Source: Desulfobacterales bacterium (GTDB taxonomy: Bacteria > Desulfobacterota > Desulfobacteria > Desulfobacterales > UBA5852). Taken from it: DNA of 64,000 nt. The translations under genes were made by a program, and so were the position numbers. The notes under the pieces are model-generated. The model made no database searches and was not told the DNA's origin. It worked only from the letters and a program-made list of their open reading frames with translations. Shown here piece after piece: positions 62,127 to 64,000 of this stretch. Each line of letters begins with the position of its first letter. Position 1 is the stretch's first letter. The stretch is taken from the NCBI GenBank assembly GCA_963674755.2, contig CAXXVS010000003.1, forward strand, positions 2,688,001-2,752,000, in the 5' to 3' direction.

Positions 62127-62756
62127 TCAGACTTTTTCCATCATGGCTTCGATTCGCTTTTGGGCGCGGTCGGTGTTGAAGATGCCGCATTGGCAGGGCC
62201 GGAACAGGCGCTCGCTGGCTTCCGCCAGGGACATGGCGCCCCGTTTCACCTGATCCAAGGTATCGAGTATCAGATCGACGGATACCATCCCATGGCCGCA
62301 CATGGACTGGATTTCCATCACTTCCGTGGCGGGAAGTTTGTGGGTGGCCCCCCAACGTCCTAAAGAGGTATTCACCGTATGGACTTTTTGGCCGGCGGCA
62401 TGGCAGCATTCCTTTACGCGATCAAACAGACCGCTGACCACGATGGACATGCCGAAGTCGCCGGCCTTGATGGCTTTCAGCGCATTCACCAACTTGTCTT
62501 GGTCGTTGAAGACCGCCGTCACCACGGCGCGGTCCTCAATGTTCCGGATCATGGTCTCCAGTCCGCCCTGATGGTATTCATTGCCCAGGCGGGCGTCGCC
62601 TGCTTTTACAGCACCCTCTTTCAGGCAGATGCGGATGATCTCCTGCAGTTTGGGACCGCTGCCTTCATGGTTGATATCTTTACTGGGCATGGCCAGTACA
62701 ACGAAATCTTCGCGCAGGTTTTCGTCGCTGCCCACCCGATGCAGAGTATGAGTCAT
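62127..62756 (-). CDS. Conserved-looking Cys-rich hypothetical protein
   Basis: MTHTLHR.G, G.S.VVSGL, CC, MCGHGMVS, CxCGIFN; AGGAGG RBS; translationally linked to the Fe-S gene. Confidence 0.8.
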   Translation of the reverse strand: MTHTLHRVGSDENLREDFVVLAMPSKDINHEGSGPKLQEIIRICLKEGAVKAGDARLGNEYHQGGLETMIRNIEDRAVVTAVFNDQDKLVNALKAIKAGDFGMSIVVSGLFDRVKECCHAAGQKVHTVNTSLGRWGATHKLPATEVMEIQSMCGHGMVSVDLILDTLDQVKRGAMSLAEASERLFRPCQCGIFNTDRAQKRIEAMMEKV

Positions 62757-62760
62757 TGTT

Positions 62761-63483
62761 TTAAGCCTCCTTGGCCAGGGGACGTCCCAGGCCGATATTG
62801 GTCTTGCCGTTGGGCGCATACCACACACCGGCTTTGTCCAGATATTGATACGACGCTATATTTTCGTTTTCATCGGCCTTGCAGGCCACGCAAACCGTAA
62901 AGACGCTGTCTACCTTTCCGGCGACATCCTTCAGGGCATCAAGCACATCGGGCAGGGCTTCCTGGGGAACGCAGAACTCCAGGATCGCCGAGAGCACCTT
63001 CTCGTTCAGCAGTTCGTCCTTGAACTTGCCGGTGGCCGGATCGGACATCAGCGACGTCGTGGGGTTACAGACCTCGAATTGAACGCCGAAGGCCGCCATG
63101 GCCTGGGCGATCTTTTCGACATCCACAAACCGCGTCCCGGTTACCGGTCGACCAACCTCGATACCGATTCCGACCTGACCTTCCCTGAAGCGTGCGGTTA
63201 CCTCGTTGGTCTTCATCTCCTCGGTGCCGCGACCGCTGATACCGGATTCGGTGGCAATGGTCAATGGATCGCTGAGAATGCTGCGCACGGTGCGGGGGTA
63301 CACCATTTCCTGCTGGTATAGGGCATCCACCGGGCAATCCGCGCAGCGTAAACAACATCCGCATTCGGCACATTCATCCAGGTCGATCACCGCCGTATCA
63401 TCCAGTGATATCGCCCCCACCGGACAATAGGGCACGCACTGGCCGCATCCGACGCATAACTCCTGATCAATCTGCATTGTCAT
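62761..63483 (-). CDS. 4Fe-4S dicluster domain protein with uncharacterised C-terminal domain
   Basis: CxxCxxCxxxCP and CxxCxxCxxxxxCP, then GRGTEEMKTN.VT.RF, GK.N.GLGRP. Confidence 0.85.
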   Translation of the reverse strand: MTMQIDQELCVGCGQCVPYCPVGAISLDDTAVIDLDECAECGCCLRCADCPVDALYQQEMVYPRTVRSILSDPLTIATESGISGRGTEEMKTNEVTARFREGQVGIGIEVGRPVTGTRFVDVEKIAQAMAAFGVQFEVCNPTTSLMSDPATGKFKDELLNEKVLSAILEFCVPQEALPDVLDALKDVAGKVDSVFTVCVACKADENENIASYQYLDKAGVWYAPNGKTNIGLGRPLAKEA

Positions 63484-63551
63484 CCTCCTTGACGATTAAC
63501 TTTAAGCTGTGGTCTAAACCCAGCCCCATTTCACCATGTTTCGCTCTTGGG

Positions 63552-64000
63552 TCATCTCTCGATCATGCGTTGCAGAACGCCCTGCAAAAGGGCCGAATCC
63601 TCGTTCGCCAATCCCTGACTCACCGCCATGTTGAAGTACTGGGCGGCAGCATTCGCCACGAGAAGCGGCAAGTTGTGTTCGCGGGAAGAGGTAACGACAA
63701 TGTTGACGTCTTTCCAGAGCTGGCCCATACCGCCCGGCGAAGCCGATTGATCCAGAATTGCTTTTGACAAGAGGCGGAAATAGTCGTTGCCACCGATACC
63801 GCTGCCCACAACCTCGCAAACCTGCTTGGGGTCGGCGCCTGTCTTTTCGGCCAGCGCAATCAGTTCGATGGTGGCGGCGTGAATGGCACAGACCAGGAGC
63901 TGGTTGCAATGTTTGACCGCCTGGGCCATTCCGGGCATCGCCCCTGCGTTGGTAATCTTGCCGATCACTTCAAGATACGGGCGGGCCCGTTCCATGACGG
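63552..64000 (-). CDS. 3-hydroxyisobutyrate/tartronate-semialdehyde reductase family dehydrogenase (3' part; begins beyond right edge)
   Basis: G..G.AQ.VK..NQ catalytic Lys motif, E.I.LA...G.D, KD. Confidence 0.8.
   Translation of the reverse strand, partial: VMERARPYLEVIGKITNAGAMPGMAQAVKHCNQLLVCAIHAATIELIALAEKTGADPKQVCEVVGSGIGGNDYFRLLSKAILDQSASPGGMGQLWKDVNIVVTSSREHNLPLLVANAAAQYFNMAVSQGLANEDSALLQGVLQRMIER

Overview
GC-rich bacterial chromosome segment. It most likely comes from an anaerobic Desulfobacterota (Desulfobacterales-like) organism; this is inferred from gene content, a Sec-type gene and a c-di-GMP-I riboswitch. No rRNA, tRNA, CRISPR array or intact transposase was seen. The window holds about 55 genes. 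Amino-acid/polyamine modules: DmpA peptidase, Lrp-azlCD, AGXT2-like transaminase plus MMSDH, three saccharopine-dehydrogenase-fold genes, a polar amino-acid ABC transporter plus racemase, and a D-cysteine desulfhydrase. Also present: lysS, a PiT transporter with an orphan methyltransferase, a hybrid kinase, and an accessory patch at 24.5-33 kb. A co-oriented block reads cyoABCDE / P3A H+-ATPase / eno / tkt-USP fusion / pgi / glgP. The right end is the tail of a sugar-acid-type operon. The most notable items absent from the ORF track are: (1) a probable small selenoprotein (CopZ-N/BFD-like 2Fe-2S domain; in-frame UGA aligned to Cys, followed by an AGGU-loop SECIS) at 32252-32470; (2) three exactly 146-bp, gaplessly alignable, covarying hairpin elements just after stop codons, plus a longer fourth relative; (3) an atypical c-di-GMP-I riboswitch with an overlapping terminator and a second partial aptamer; (4) a 55-aa Cys-rich microprotein; (5) a Pho-box-like 11-bp-period repeat. 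The window also contains a decayed nuclease fusion gene.
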